Below are positions 9,000 to 19,275 of a stretch of 50,936 bases of DNA, piece after piece. This DNA is from an uncultured Methanosarcinales archaeon (GTDB lineage: Archaea; Nanobdellota; Nanobdellia; Woesearchaeales; GW2011-AR9). The notes below the pieces were generated by a model, which was not told the DNA's origin, made no database searches, and worked only from the letters and a program-made list of their open reading frames with translations. The DNA is taken from positions 1 through 50,936 of the forward strand of contig CAYTOG010000002.1 in the NCBI GenBank assembly GCA_964439765.1. Direction: 5' to 3'. The first letter of the stretch is position 1. Every line of letters begins with the position of its first letter. The position numbers and the translations under genes are program-made.

Positions 9000-10211
9000 A
9001 TGAAGACAGATTTGTTTAAATTTATTATTGTCTCATTAACACGCCGTGGGTTACGTAGTGTTCTTACAATTCTTGGAATTTCTATTGGAATAGCAGCTGT
9101 TGTAGCTCTCATTGCTCTATCAAGTGGAATGCAACTTGGAATTCAAAGTGAATTTCAATCCCTTGGTTCTGATAAATTATTTGTTAGTGCATCAAGCGCT
9201 GCATTTGGTCCTCCTGGAACATCTGTTGTTGTTCCACTAACAATTGATCAAAAAGATGGAATTGCAGATCTTGATGGTGTGAAACTTACAATCGGGCGTT
9301 TATTACGTTATTATTTAGTAGAGTTTGAAGACCAAGTTGAGACTGTGCCATTTGTTCCAATTCCAGAAGATAGTGATGAATTTGAATTGATGATAGAAGC
9401 ATTTGGATATGAAATTATCCAAGGAAAAATGCCCGATGATGGTAGTAATCAAATTTTCATTGCATCAAAACTTCACACAGATACATTTGATGAACCTCTT
9501 GAACTTCGAGACACAGTTCTTGTCGAGGGAGTTGAACTCGAAGTTGTTGGAATTTCTGATAAAACTGGTGCGCCCGAGAGAGATAACCTTCTTTTACTTA
9601 GTGAAGAGAGCATGCGTGATTATTTTTCTATTGATGATGAATACGATATGATTGTTGTTCAAGTTGAAGATGAAGGTGAATTGGAAGCTGTACAAGAGCG
9701 AATTGAAAATTATCTTCGAGATGAAAGAGATGTTAACGTTGGAGAAGAAGATTTCTCTGTTGAGTCTCCTGAAGCTCTTCTTGCAACATTAGGTAGTGTA
9801 TTACTTGTTGTTCAAGGAGTACTTGTTGGTATTGCATCAATTGCTTTTATTGTTGGAAGTGTTGGGATTATGAACACAATGTATACAAGTGTTGTTGAAA
9901 GACGTCGTGAAATTGGAATCCTTAGAAGTATTGGTGTCAAAGGTAAAACTATTCGTTTATTGTTTTTAGTAGAATCTGGAATTTTAGGTTTTTGTGGTGG
10001 TGTTGTTGGAATTATTTTTGGGGCTGGTGCTGCATATTTATTAGTATTAGTTGCAGGCCCTATTGTTGGATCAAATTTATTGCAAGCACATTTTTCACTT
10101 CCACTTTTTGCTATTCTTTTAGTTATGTCAACATTAGTTGGAGCAATTTCAGGATACTTTCCTGCACGTGAAGCTAGTTCTATTACACCTTTGGAGGCTC
10201 TTAGAACATGA
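9000..10211 (+). CDS. ABC transporter permease, MacB/FtsX family
   Basis: N-terminal TM, a large extracytoplasmic domain, then a C-terminal FtsX-like 3-TM block (MNTMYTSVVERRREIGILRSIG). Confidence 0.85.
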   Translation: MKTDLFKFIIVSLTRRGLRSVLTILGISIGIAAVVALIALSSGMQLGIQSEFQSLGSDKLFVSASSAAFGPPGTSVVVPLTIDQKDGIADLDGVKLTIGRLLRYYLVEFEDQVETVPFVPIPEDSDEFELMIEAFGYEIIQGKMPDDGSNQIFIASKLHTDTFDEPLELRDTVLVEGVELEVVGISDKTGAPERDNLLLLSEESMRDYFSIDDEYDMIVVQVEDEGELEAVQERIENYLRDERDVNVGEEDFSVESPEALLATLGSVLLVVQGVLVGIASIAFIVGSVGIMNTMYTSVVERRREIGILRSIGVKGKTIRLLFLVESGILGFCGGVVGIIFGAGAAYLLVLVAGPIVGSNLLQAHFSLPLFAILLVMSTLVGAISGYFPAREASSITPLEALRT

Positions 10212-11428
10212 TAGTTGATTACTTACGTCTTGTATGGGGACAAATGCTTGCACGTAAACGTCGTAGTTGGCTAACTCTTCTTGGTGTAGTCATAGGTATT
10301 TGTGCAATCATTAGTTTAATGCTCATCGGTGGTGGATTGGAAAATGCAATTAATGAACAACTCAATTCACTTGGGTCAGATATTTTATTCATTACACCAA
10401 AAGGATCAACTCTAACACTTGGGCTCTCTTCAGATACTAATCCTTTAACAGAAGATGATTTAGATGTTATTGAATCTACTCGAGGAATATCTCAAGTGTC
10501 TGGAATGATTTATACTTCTGCGCGTGTTGAATTTAATGATGAAATAAGATATTTTTTCGTCTCAGGTATGTCTGATAACCCTGAAGAGCGTGAATTAGTT
10601 GGAGAAGGACAGAATCTTAACATAGGTGAAGGAAGAGTTATTGAAAAAGGAGACCGCTATAAAGCAGTTGTTGGAATTGATTACACTGATGAAACACTTT
10701 TTGGGCAAGCAGCTGAAATTGGGGATAAAATTTTAGTTCAAGATGTGGAATTCAAAATTATTGGGGTTTGGCAAACAATTGGTAGCAGTCCTGATGATAG
10801 AAGTGTTATGATCCCTATTGAAACATATTGGGAAGTTTTTGGAGATGAAGGAGAATATGGTTTTATTATTGCTGAAGTTGAAGGTGGAGTTGATGTATCT
10901 ATTGCTGAAGAGAGGATTATTGAAGAGCTCCGGGATCATCGCAGCGTTGAAGAAGGTAAAGAAGATTTTACTATTCAAACCCCTCAACAAATGGCAGATA
11001 GTTTCGCTGCAATCCTTGGAATTGTAGCTGCTGTGCTTGTTGGAATTGCAGGGATTTCTCTTCTGGTAGGTGGAATTGGTATTATGAACACAATGTTCAC
11101 AGCAGTTCTACAACGAACTCGTGAAATTGGTTTGTTAAAAGCAATTGGTGCAAAGCGTAATCAAATATTAATGCTCTTTTTATTAGAGAGTGCTTTGTAT
11201 GGACTTGTTGGTGGAGCTATAGGTGTTGCAATTGGAGTTGGTTTTGCTGAAGCAGTTGAATGGGTCTTTTGGAATTTTGTTGGACCGAACCTTTTTATTG
11301 TTGAAGTTAATTATGTATTACTTATTGTTGTTTTAATTGGTTCAGCTCTCTTTGGAGGATTATGTGGATTTATTCCAGCCAGACGTGCTGCTAAGGCTGA
11401 TGCTGTTACAAGTTTGAGATATGAATGA
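10208..11428 (+). CDS. ABC transporter permease, MacB/FtsX family (paralog)
   Basis: Same architecture as the upstream permease (MNTMFTAVLQRTREIGLLKAIG). Its start overlaps the upstream stop by 4 nt. Confidence 0.85.
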   Translation: MIVDYLRLVWGQMLARKRRSWLTLLGVVIGICAIISLMLIGGGLENAINEQLNSLGSDILFITPKGSTLTLGLSSDTNPLTEDDLDVIESTRGISQVSGMIYTSARVEFNDEIRYFFVSGMSDNPEERELVGEGQNLNIGEGRVIEKGDRYKAVVGIDYTDETLFGQAAEIGDKILVQDVEFKIIGVWQTIGSSPDDRSVMIPIETYWEVFGDEGEYGFIIAEVEGGVDVSIAEERIIEELRDHRSVEEGKEDFTIQTPQQMADSFAAILGIVAAVLVGIAGISLLVGGIGIMNTMFTAVLQRTREIGLLKAIGAKRNQILMLFLLESALYGLVGGAIGVAIGVGFAEAVEWVFWNFVGPNLFIVEVNYVLLIVVLIGSALFGGLCGFIPARRAAKADAVTSLRYE

Positions 11429-11458
11429 TTGTTTGAATAATAATTATTAGTTAAATAG

Positions 11459-12163
11459 GTGAAATTTATGGTAGAGAAAAAAAATACAGGAAGAAAACTT
11501 GTTTACAAGTTACAAGATATTTATCGTTCATTTCCACTTGGTCATTTAGAGGTTAAAGTCCTAAAAGGAATTAATTTAGAAGTAAAAAGTGGAGAATTTG
11601 TTGTAATTACTGGGGAAAGTGGCTCTGGTAAATCTACTCTTATGAATCTTCTTGGAATGCTAGATGTTGCAAACTCAGGAGATTTATTATTCGATGGTGA
11701 AAATATTTCAAAGCTTGATGACGATGAACTCTCTGATATTCGTGGAAAGAAAATAGGATTTATCTTTCAACAATTTCATTTGCTAGCTACACTTTCTGCT
11801 CTTGAAAATGTTGCACTACCACTTTTGTTTCAAGGTGTTTCTGAAGAAGAACGTATTGAAAAGGCAGCAAAAGTTCTACAGAAAGTAGGTCTTACTGATA
11901 GAATGCATCATAAACCAAATGAACTCTCTGGTGGACAACAACAGCGTGTGGCTATTGCTCGAGCCCTTGTAAATGATCCTGAAGTAATCCTTGCTGATGA
12001 ACCAACTGGAAACTTGGATTCAGTTACTAGTCGTGAAGTTATGGAAATTGTAAGTTCTTTGCATAAAGAAGGCAGTACAATTGTTTTAATTACACATGAT
12101 CACCACTTAGTTAAACTTGGAAGCAGGCATATTAAATTAAAGGATGGGTTAGTTGTTAGATAA
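11459..12163 (+). CDS. ABC transporter ATP-binding protein (MacB/LolD-like)
   Basis: Walker [10 protein letters not shown], signature [15 protein letters not shown], Walker [12 protein letters not shown]. The ORF-track start is GTG 11459; an in-frame ATG lies at 11468. Confidence 0.9.
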   Translation: MKFMVEKKNTGRKLVYKLQDIYRSFPLGHLEVKVLKGINLEVKSGEFVVITGESGSGKSTLMNLLGMLDVANSGDLLFDGENISKLDDDELSDIRGKKIGFIFQQFHLLATLSALENVALPLLFQGVSEEERIEKAAKVLQKVGLTDRMHHKPNELSGGQQQRVAIARALVNDPEVILADEPTGNLDSVTSREVMEIVSSLHKEGSTIVLITHDHHLVKLGSRHIKLKDGLVVR

Positions 12164-12175
12164 GTTGAAAGAATT

Positions 12176-12445
12176 TTATTTTTTCCAATAATGATTTACC
12201 CATATTCTTTTGAAGTAAGGTACTGTTAATGTTGAAAGAACAAATGCAACACTTGGAACAATTGCATTAATCCATGGATTTGTTAAATTTGCTATGTAAA
12301 AGAAGATCACTATTAAAAAATATGTAATGATAACAATTAGTATTTTACGGCTAATACTTGTTTCCCATGCTTTATCTGCTTCAACGCGTTTATTACGTTT
12401 TTTAAGATTTTCTACTTCGGCTTCAAGTTTTTTTATTGTTGTCAT
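12176..12445 (-). CDS. small membrane protein
   Basis: 89 aa with a charged coiled N-terminus followed by two hydrophobic helices. No family recognised. Confidence 0.4.
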   Translation of the reverse strand: MTTIKKLEAEVENLKKRNKRVEADKAWETSISRKILIVIITYFLIVIFFYIANLTNPWINAIVPSVAFVLSTLTVPYFKRIWVNHYWKK

Positions 12446-12464
12446 AGTTTTCCTAAATTGTTTG

Positions 12465-12734
12465 TTATTTATTATATTTCTTAAATTTGAAATATATAAA
12501 CAGTAGTAGTATTAAAACTATTCCCCATATAATAAAAGGTAAAATTAGTTGAGTAATGGCTTGACTATACGCAGGATCACACCCACCAACTAGATTAATT
12601 TCACCAGTTACAGGATCAGTTTCTGCACCATCCCAACATAGAATTGGTGCATTGATGATTTTGAAAACAGCAAACCCTACAAATAATAATAACCATGCTA
12701 TCATTACGATTTGTAATAGTTTTGATTTATCCAT
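12465..12734 (-). CDS. small membrane protein
   Basis: 89 aa with two hydrophobic helices flanking a Cys-containing loop. Confidence 0.4.
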   Translation of the reverse strand: MDKSKLLQIVMIAWLLLFVGFAVFKIINAPILCWDGAETDPVTGEINLVGGCDPAYSQAITQLILPFIIWGIVLILLLFIYFKFKKYNK

Positions 12735-12865
12735 TTAATTGAATTATTTATTTGTGATTATAAAGGTGTTTATAACTTCAAAACCAATTAAAGTAATAGT
12801 TCTCAAATCATTAGTATGATCTATTAACGAAATCTTCAAAAAGAGTCCTATGTTGATTTTTCTTT

Positions 12866-13537
12866 ATGGGAAAAAGATGTCTATTATTATTTGTAAAGTA
12901 TCCAGAGCCAGGAAAAGTTAAGACTCGTTTGGCAGCAGAAATCGGCGAAGAAAAAGCAGTAGAATTGTATAAATTGTTTATTGAAGATTTACTTTCTACA
13001 GTTAAGGGACTTGATATGTCAGTTATAGTTTGTTATGAACCTTCTGACAAAGGTGTTGATATATTAAAATGGCTTGGTGCTGGACCATTGTATTACGCAC
13101 AAACTGGTGCTGATATGGGTGAGAAAATGGAGAATTCTTTTTACTACGCCTATTCAAAAAATTTCACTGATGTTGTAATTATAGATTCAGATATTCCAGA
13201 TCTTTCACTTGATGAACTTAATTTTGCGTTCGATTCTCTTGACAATACTGAATCAGTTATAGGCCCATCAGATGATGGAGGCTATTATTTGCTTGGATTC
13301 AATCGTGGTGGATTCTTTTTAGATGTCTTCAAAGATATTCCTTGGTCAACAAACATGGTTTACATGGAAACCTGGTCGAAAATACGCAAAGCTGGAAAGA
13401 TGGTTGAAGTTCTGGGGGAAAGAAGTGATGTTGATACATTTTTAGATCTTGAGCAATTATGGCTTAGGAATCAAGATACATGGTTCAAAGAATCTAGGAC
13501 TTTTGAGTGGTTGAAGAAGGAGAAAATGTTTGAGTAA
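12866..13537 (+). CDS. DUF2064/TIGR04282-like nucleotidyl/glycosyl-transferase fold protein
   Basis: The N-terminus LLLFVKYPEPGKVKTRLA and the later DSDIPDL and DGGYYLLG segments are characteristic of this family. Confidence 0.65.
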   Translation: MGKRCLLLFVKYPEPGKVKTRLAAEIGEEKAVELYKLFIEDLLSTVKGLDMSVIVCYEPSDKGVDILKWLGAGPLYYAQTGADMGEKMENSFYYAYSKNFTDVVIIDSDIPDLSLDELNFAFDSLDNTESVIGPSDDGGYYLLGFNRGGFFLDVFKDIPWSTNMVYMETWSKIRKAGKMVEVLGERSDVDTFLDLEQLWLRNQDTWFKESRTFEWLKKEKMFE

Positions 13538-13545
13538 AGGTCTTA

Positions 13546-14529
13546 TTATCCCTTCTTCTGAGCAACAGTTGCAACAACAACAGCTTCTTGATACGCTTGT
13601 ACCGCAGAACCTGTTTGCATGAATCTAAGATAACCTTCGGGATCTCCTCTCTGTGGTCTTGGATCGAAAACTTTATGCATGTGGTCGTTTCCAAAATATA
13701 TATGACTAGTGTTTCCCCTAATTGGTGTTCTTGCACGAACATACCTGTTTAATTTAACATCAAGATCTCTTCTTCTCCCTAAGCTTGCACCAATATTTCT
13801 TCGGAAAAGTTCGAAATCTGTTACCCACTCCCCTCCAACCTTAAAAGCAACCATTTTTTCAAGTTTCTTCTGAAATGCTAAACATTCTTTTGGATAACTA
13901 CCTGTAGCACGAGTGATGTAAGAAGTTGTACAACCAAAGCCAGGATTAACATCTTGAATATGTAAGAAATATCCACCAGGCATAAGTGCATCAGCTACTT
14001 GATCAATTGCTTTATCCATTTCAATTGCAGTATCAAAAGATGATAGTCCACAAATCGTTGGAATATTCTTATGCTTAATATCATAATAATCACCTTCAAA
14101 CACTACCGCCTGAGGGTTTCTTCGCTTGTTTTCTTCAATTGCTTTGGGATTAATTTCTAGTTGAATCCATTGACCAACATCTTCTGGACGTAATTTCGCA
14201 TAGAAGTATCCTGTTGACCCTGGACCGAACTCTAAAACCAGAGTTTTGGGTATTCTAAATCTATCCCAAACATTGCGAACAATTGTTTGCAATAATGGTA
14301 AAAATTTCTCCCTGTTTCTGTCATAATCTGTAAGATCAATTCCTTGCCCTTGGAATAGAAATCTATTGAAAATAGGATGTGACCTTCTGGGATCAAATTT
14401 AGGAGGTTCAATCCCCACAGGAATCAGACCAGTTTCCAAATCAGTAGTTTCATATTGCTTTACCATCCACTTGTAGTAATCTCCTTCCTCGCAATCTACA
14501 TCTTGGATACTAATTGACATATTTGTCAA
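13546..14529 (-). CDS. class I SAM-dependent methyltransferase-like protein
   Basis: Motif I-like VLEFGPGSTG, LEIN post-I acidic residue and LMPGGYFL motif. The N- and C-terminal extensions are unassigned. Confidence 0.45.
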   Translation of the reverse strand: MTNMSISIQDVDCEEGDYYKWMVKQYETTDLETGLIPVGIEPPKFDPRRSHPIFNRFLFQGQGIDLTDYDRNREKFLPLLQTIVRNVWDRFRIPKTLVLEFGPGSTGYFYAKLRPEDVGQWIQLEINPKAIEENKRRNPQAVVFEGDYYDIKHKNIPTICGLSSFDTAIEMDKAIDQVADALMPGGYFLHIQDVNPGFGCTTSYITRATGSYPKECLAFQKKLEKMVAFKVGGEWVTDFELFRRNIGASLGRRRDLDVKLNRYVRARTPIRGNTSHIYFGNDHMHKVFDPRPQRGDPEGYLRFMQTGSAVQAYQEAVVVATVAQKKG

Positions 14530-14599
14530 AAAAAAGCCCCAATTTATAAATTTATCTCTGGAAAGTAGTTAAAACCCCTAAGGTATGTTGCAAAGTATT

Positions 14600-14914
14600 T
14601 TAGAAATTTATCCTTATTACTTCAGCATTCTTTGGTAAATATCCACCAAATTCATGGAAATGTCTTAGACGGAAGAATTATCCTCTGATTGAATGAAGGT
14701 ATCCTACACTATATGTTATTCTTTCAAGAATTCCACTTGGACCCTGTGGGTGATCTATAGTTGATCTTTGAGGAAATAGAGTATCAAGGACAGTTTGTAT
14801 TCGTAATCCCTTATACCCTGTATTTAATTCACCTACTCTGCGTAAGGCTAAATCTACTCTCGCGTCTTCTTGCGCAATAGAGTACATCTTCTGTAACCTT
14901 TCGACTAGATCCAC
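14600..14914 (-). pseudogene. relic of a histidine-phosphatase paralog (C-terminal half, in-frame stop)
   Basis: The 78-aa ORF 14678..14914 continues in the same frame past a single TAA (14678-14680) for 25 more codons ending HEFGGYLPKNAEVIRINF. This parallels the C-terminus KEFEGYQAKNAEVLILKI of the adjacent intact phosphatase. A 17-nt stretch is identical at 14618-14634 and 15003-15019. Confidence 0.4.
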
Positions 14915-14984
14915 AGAGGCTGAAATCTTGCTTTTTATAAAAAGACTTGGAGGATATTTTATGTATATTATACCTGCATGTCAA

Positions 14985-15527
14985 TTATATCTTAAGAATA
15001 AGTACTTCAGCATTCTTTGCTTGGTATCCTTCAAATTCTTTGAGGGTTTTTTGTTGTTTATACGCAATTATGCATGCAATAGGGCAACCGTGGCTTACCA
15101 TAAGGACTGTTTCATTTTTATGTTTCTTTTCTAATTGTTTTAGAAATGGAATTGTTCTATCCCATACTTCCCATAAATTTTCTCCACCTTCTGGTTTCCA
15201 ATCTTCATAACGAATGTTGTTTTCTTTGAAGAAATTTTTTCTATCAGAGTTTAATGTTCCTTCAAAAATCCCCTTTGACTGATCACGTAATTCTTTATAT
15301 GTGTTAAGTTTAATGTTTGGGTGATGTTTAAGGATAATTTTACAAGTGTCAATTGCTCTATCTAAATCACTAGAATATGCTGCTTGAAATATTGTTGATT
15401 TAAGTTTTTGTGCAAGTTCTTTTGATTGCTCTATTCCTTTTTGATTTAACTGTGTGTTCATTTGACCTTGAGAAATTCCTTTGTTATTTTCTTCAGTTTC
15501 TCCGTGCCTAATAAGAATTAATTTCAT
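14985..15527 (-). CDS. histidine phosphatase family protein (phosphoglycerate mutase-like)
   Basis: N-terminal LIRHGETEEN catalytic motif and a C-terminal VSHG motif. Confidence 0.8.
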   Translation of the reverse strand: MKLILIRHGETEENNKGISQGQMNTQLNQKGIEQSKELAQKLKSTIFQAAYSSDLDRAIDTCKIILKHHPNIKLNTYKELRDQSKGIFEGTLNSDRKNFFKENNIRYEDWKPEGGENLWEVWDRTIPFLKQLEKKHKNETVLMVSHGCPIACIIAYKQQKTLKEFEGYQAKNAEVLILKI

Positions 15528-15529
15528 TA

Positions 15530-15910
15530 TTAATGCTCATGTTCTGCTTTATCAGCTTCTTCTTTCGTCTTATGAACTGTTCCAGGTGCATGCTCTGGAG
15601 TGGCATAAATTGAATAGAGTTTTAACTTTTTTTCTTGAGAGCTATTTTTCACATAATGTTTTTTCCCTGCTGGAATAATTATCACATCATCATCTGCTAA
15701 GTTGAACTTTTCTTCATCGATTATTACTAATGCTTCACCATGTTCTATTCTAATAAATTGATCAATATGATTATGTACTTCAAGAGGAATATCTTCTCCT
15801 ACATTTAGACTCATTACTACAAGTTGCATTTTTTCTCCAGTGTGGAGAACTTTTCGATAATTTTCATTTTCAATTGTTTCTTTTTCAATATTCGATTTGT
15901 ATGCATTCAT
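15530..15910 (-). CDS. cupin domain protein
   Basis: 126 aa with HxH..E...G and a later GxxH pattern (LEVHNHIDQFIRIEHGEA ... PAGKKHYV). Confidence 0.6.
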   Translation of the reverse strand: MNAYKSNIEKETIENENYRKVLHTGEKMQLVVMSLNVGEDIPLEVHNHIDQFIRIEHGEALVIIDEEKFNLADDDVIIIPAGKKHYVKNSSQEKKLKLYSIYATPEHAPGTVHKTKEEADKAEHEH

Positions 15911-16045
15911 TTTTCCCTCTTAATAAGTTATATTTGAATTGAAATTGCTATTTTATATGAACATGAGTAAATTTAAATTTAAATAACTTTTGATTAGAAT
16001 TCTCTTCCAAAACACTTAAAAAACACCCCTTTTCTGAATAGGTTT

Positions 16046-16543
16046 ATGGCTAATTGTCCAGTATTTTGTGGGATGTATGAGATATGGAAATCACAAGGAG
16101 ATATTCTTGTAGAGAATGACGTAGCGTATGCTATTTTCACTCGGCGAGATATTATAACACCAGGTCAAGTTCTTCTTGCACCAAAGCGCCATGTTGATAG
16201 GTTACGAGATTTAACAGATGCTGAATGTGGTGGTTTGATCAGTCGTTTGATTCCATCTGCCTTTGATGCAATTCAAGAAATCTATCAAAGGGATTCAGAG
16301 AAAATAGTTGCTTTTTATGAGAAATTGCGTGATGGATCTGATAATCTCAGTTCTAAGTCAGCTATAGAAATTCTTGATAATCCTTGGCTGAGTGTAATGC
16401 CAGAAGGGTACAATGCTGGCGTTAATCGATATCATGTTGCAGGACAACGTATGGCACATTTACATTGGCATTTGGTTCCACGTAGAACAGGAGATGGAAA
16501 TAATTTAGGTTTCCAGACCGGTTTAAAACAACTTTTAGGATAA
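16046..16543 (+). CDS. HIT family protein
   Basis: Histidine triad HLHWHLVPR near the C-terminus. Confidence 0.7.
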   Translation: MANCPVFCGMYEIWKSQGDILVENDVAYAIFTRRDIITPGQVLLAPKRHVDRLRDLTDAECGGLISRLIPSAFDAIQEIYQRDSEKIVAFYEKLRDGSDNLSSKSAIEILDNPWLSVMPEGYNAGVNRYHVAGQRMAHLHWHLVPRRTGDGNNLGFQTGLKQLLG

Positions 16544-16588
16544 AAATTTTACACAAGAAAAAAAAAGAAAAAAGTTTTCTTATTCTCA

Positions 16589-16984
16589 TCAATACAAGAT
16601 TACATACAACCCAATTATAGAAAATATAAGCCATCCAGCTGCAATCCATCTAAATTGATTTGCTTTGAACTTTGATATTGCTTTAATCCATCCATCCCAC
16701 ATGCTTTTTTGTGAGAATAATAGGCCAAACATTAACGCATACAAAGTCATTCCAGCTACAAACCACTCAGCGAAACTCATATCTGAAATATATGAAAAGT
16801 ATGCTAATACAAGGCCAAATATAGCTATGCACCACACCGCTAGTTTTTGATTGTTCACAAATGCTTTTAGAATTTTGTTCTTTTTGTAATCAAGTAATGT
16901 TTTTGGTGAGATCAAACCCACTATCATCTTTAACATTCCAATACCTAATAGGACTATTGCAACCCATTCTATTGTTGTTACCAT
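16589..16984 (-). CDS. multi-pass membrane protein
   Basis: 131 aa with four hydrophobic helices. No family recognised. Confidence 0.4.
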   Translation of the reverse strand: MVTTIEWVAIVLLGIGMLKMIVGLISPKTLLDYKKNKILKAFVNNQKLAVWCIAIFGLVLAYFSYISDMSFAEWFVAGMTLYALMFGLLFSQKSMWDGWIKAISKFKANQFRWIAAGWLIFSIIGLYVILY

Positions 16985-17030
16985 AACAGAAAAGAATATT
17001 ATTTAGGTTTTTAAATATTTGGAGTTATTA

Positions 17031-17717
17031 TCAAAGCATCTTATCTACAGTTGCATCAACAAATATCTTCATAGTATCAAATATCTTTAATTTTGGATGC
17101 TTTGGTATCAATAATTGCAAATCTGTACAAGCAAGCGCTACACAATCAACATTTTTATTTTCAAAATTGTTAATAATTTTCACTAATCTATCTCTATCCT
17201 TGTTGTTTTGTTGACCCATAACTAAGTTGTGAATAAATTTCCCAAGCTTTGCTTGTTCTAAACTGTTTGGTGTTGCATAACTGATTTTAGCTTTTTCAAA
17301 CGCAGTTTCATACAATTTGTTTTCAATAGTAGCTGATGTTGACACAATACCCACTTTTTTGTATTTCTTTTTCTTCATGAATTTTACTGTTTCTTCAATT
17401 ATGCTAAGAACTGGAATTTTCACTGCTTTTCTAATGTCTTCAATGAACACATGTAATGAATTACAAGGCATAACTAGAAAATCAGCTCCTGCTTTTTCTA
17501 ATCGTTTTGCTTCTGCTACAAGGAAAGGAATGTATCTTTTTGATCCTTTGTTTTTCATAATCAAATCTTCTTCTATTTTGTATGGCAAAGGCACGCTTGA
17601 AATAATTATTCCTGGCCTTGTTTTTTTAGATTTTTTTTGACAAGAAAAAATTAGATCTAAATAGAACTCTGATGTTGTTTCTGGTCCAAGACCACCAATT
17701 ATTCCAACTGTTTTCAT
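17031..17717 (-). CDS. aspartate/glutamate racemase family protein
   Basis: IGGLGPETT N-terminus and both catalytic Cys motifs (VMPCNSLH, ALACTDL). Confidence 0.8.
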   Translation of the reverse strand: MKTVGIIGGLGPETTSEFYLDLIFSCQKKSKKTRPGIIISSVPLPYKIEEDLIMKNKGSKRYIPFLVAEAKRLEKAGADFLVMPCNSLHVFIEDIRKAVKIPVLSIIEETVKFMKKKKYKKVGIVSTSATIENKLYETAFEKAKISYATPNSLEQAKLGKFIHNLVMGQQNNKDRDRLVKIINNFENKNVDCVALACTDLQLLIPKHPKLKIFDTMKIFVDATVDKML

Positions 17718-17830
17718 TATAAGTTTGCTTGTTTGTTGTTATTTAAATTTATTGATTAGTATTGTTATGTATCTTTCCCACCTTTGGTAGAACAAATGCT
17801 TTAAAAAGAATATAGTTTATTATTTGTTTT

Positions 17831-18169
17831 ATGGCAGAAATAACTTGGAAAGATTTTGAAAAAGTTGACCTTAGGGTGGGTACAATCACCTCAGTTGAAG
17901 ATTTTCCCGAAGCTCGTAAGCCTGCGTATAAATTATTGATTGATTTTGGTCCTGAAATTGGTATTAAGAAATCTAGTGCACAGATTACAACACATTATTC
18001 TAAAGAAGATTTACTTGGCAAACAAGTTCTTTGTGTATGTAACTTTCCACCACGGCAAATTGGACCATTTATGTCTGAAGTTCTAACAACTGGTTTCATC
18101 AAAGAAGATGATACAGTAATACTTGCAAGCCCAGAAAGGAAAGTTGAGAATGGTTTGAAGCTAGCTTAA
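17831..18169 (+). CDS. tRNA-binding domain protein (CsaA/EMAP-like)
   Basis: 112 aa. [23 protein letters not shown] pattern of CsaA-type OB-fold proteins. Confidence 0.75.
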   Translation: MAEITWKDFEKVDLRVGTITSVEDFPEARKPAYKLLIDFGPEIGIKKSSAQITTHYSKEDLLGKQVLCVCNFPPRQIGPFMSEVLTTGFIKEDDTVILASPERKVENGLKLA

Positions 18170-18226
18170 TGTTTATTTCGATGTTTACCCAACAACTTAA
18201 TAAATAACTAGTTTTCTTTTCTTTTT

Positions 18227-18643
18227 ATGAGGCGAGGAAGAATACCAAAAGTCTATGGTCAATCCATGGTGAACAGTTGTCCTTTCTGTGGTAAAGTAGC
18301 TACTGCAAAATCTGAACAAGGCGCTGATGTTTGTAGTAAACACACTAAAACAATGCTTGTGAACGCTAAATGTAATTGTGGTGATTATATTGATTTGCTT
18401 TCTGGCAAATATGGCCCATACTTTAATTGCTTAAAATGTGGAAATGTGAATTATCAAAAAGGTCTTGATATGTGGAGGGCCAGCGGTGCTGCATTTGAAG
18501 AAGATGGTGCTATTTCTAAAAAAGATGCACGTGAAGAGTTTAAACGTAAATTTGGTGCTAAGAAACCTTTTGGTTCTAGAAATACTGGTTCTAAGAAAAA
18601 AGAAATAGTTATTACAAGTCGGGACAGTTATTATTTTGATTAG
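18227..18643 (+). CDS. zinc-ribbon protein (topoisomerase-type C4 finger-like)
   Basis: CPFCG...C and CNCG....GKYGPYFNCLKCGN resemble zf-C4_Topoisom units. Basic C-terminal tail. Confidence 0.45.
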   Translation: MRRGRIPKVYGQSMVNSCPFCGKVATAKSEQGADVCSKHTKTMLVNAKCNCGDYIDLLSGKYGPYFNCLKCGNVNYQKGLDMWRASGAAFEEDGAISKKDAREEFKRKFGAKKPFGSRNTGSKKKEIVITSRDSYYFD

Positions 18644-19275
18644 TTATCTTCTATAAGTATTGCTCTTGCTGGTGCGGCATCAATTCCTTTAACAGCAAGT
18701 GGTAAACACACAAAGTAATATCCTTTTGATTTTACTTCTTTTAACCTTAAACCTTCAATAATTGGAATGTCTGCAGCTAAAAGAGTTTTATGTGCTATGT
18801 GAGAAACATTTCCCCTTTCAATTCCAAGGTAATCAATTCCAACTGCTTTGACTTTTTTTTCTTTTAGATGTTTTGCAGCACTTGAAGTTAGATATACAAA
18901 CTCAGAATCAAATTTGTCTGTTTCAGTGTGAAGACTGTTTTTTGTCTTTAGGAGAATGATTTGTCCTCTTTTAATTTTGTGCTTTTTCAAATCTGTTGAT
19001 GTAATACGTCTTTTTATCTTTGTTAAATCTAATACTCTTGAATTCCCTATAAATTTCTGCAATGCTTCCTCTTCAATTGTTTTTCCTTTTCTTAGAAAAT
19101 GACTTGGAGCATCAATATGGGTTCCTGTGTGAGATGAAAGTGTTATCCTTGTTTCTCGTTTATGATCTGTGTGATATGTTTTACTTGGATGAACATTAAA
19201 TAAAGATCTATTTCTATAGCTTGTTGACTTTTTTGTGAGTGGCCAACTGATGTCAATTATTGTTTGTTTCTTCAT
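18640..19275 (-). CDS. cyclase family protein / kynurenine formamidase-like
   Basis: HTGTHIDAPSHF metal-binding motif. Its 4-nt overlap with the gnd stop suggests co-transcription. Confidence 0.7.
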   Translation of the reverse strand: MKKQTIIDISWPLTKKSTSYRNRSLFNVHPSKTYHTDHKRETRITLSSHTGTHIDAPSHFLRKGKTIEEEALQKFIGNSRVLDLTKIKRRITSTDLKKHKIKRGQIILLKTKNSLHTETDKFDSEFVYLTSSAAKHLKEKKVKAVGIDYLGIERGNVSHIAHKTLLAADIPIIEGLRLKEVKSKGYYFVCLPLAVKGIDAAPARAILIEDN

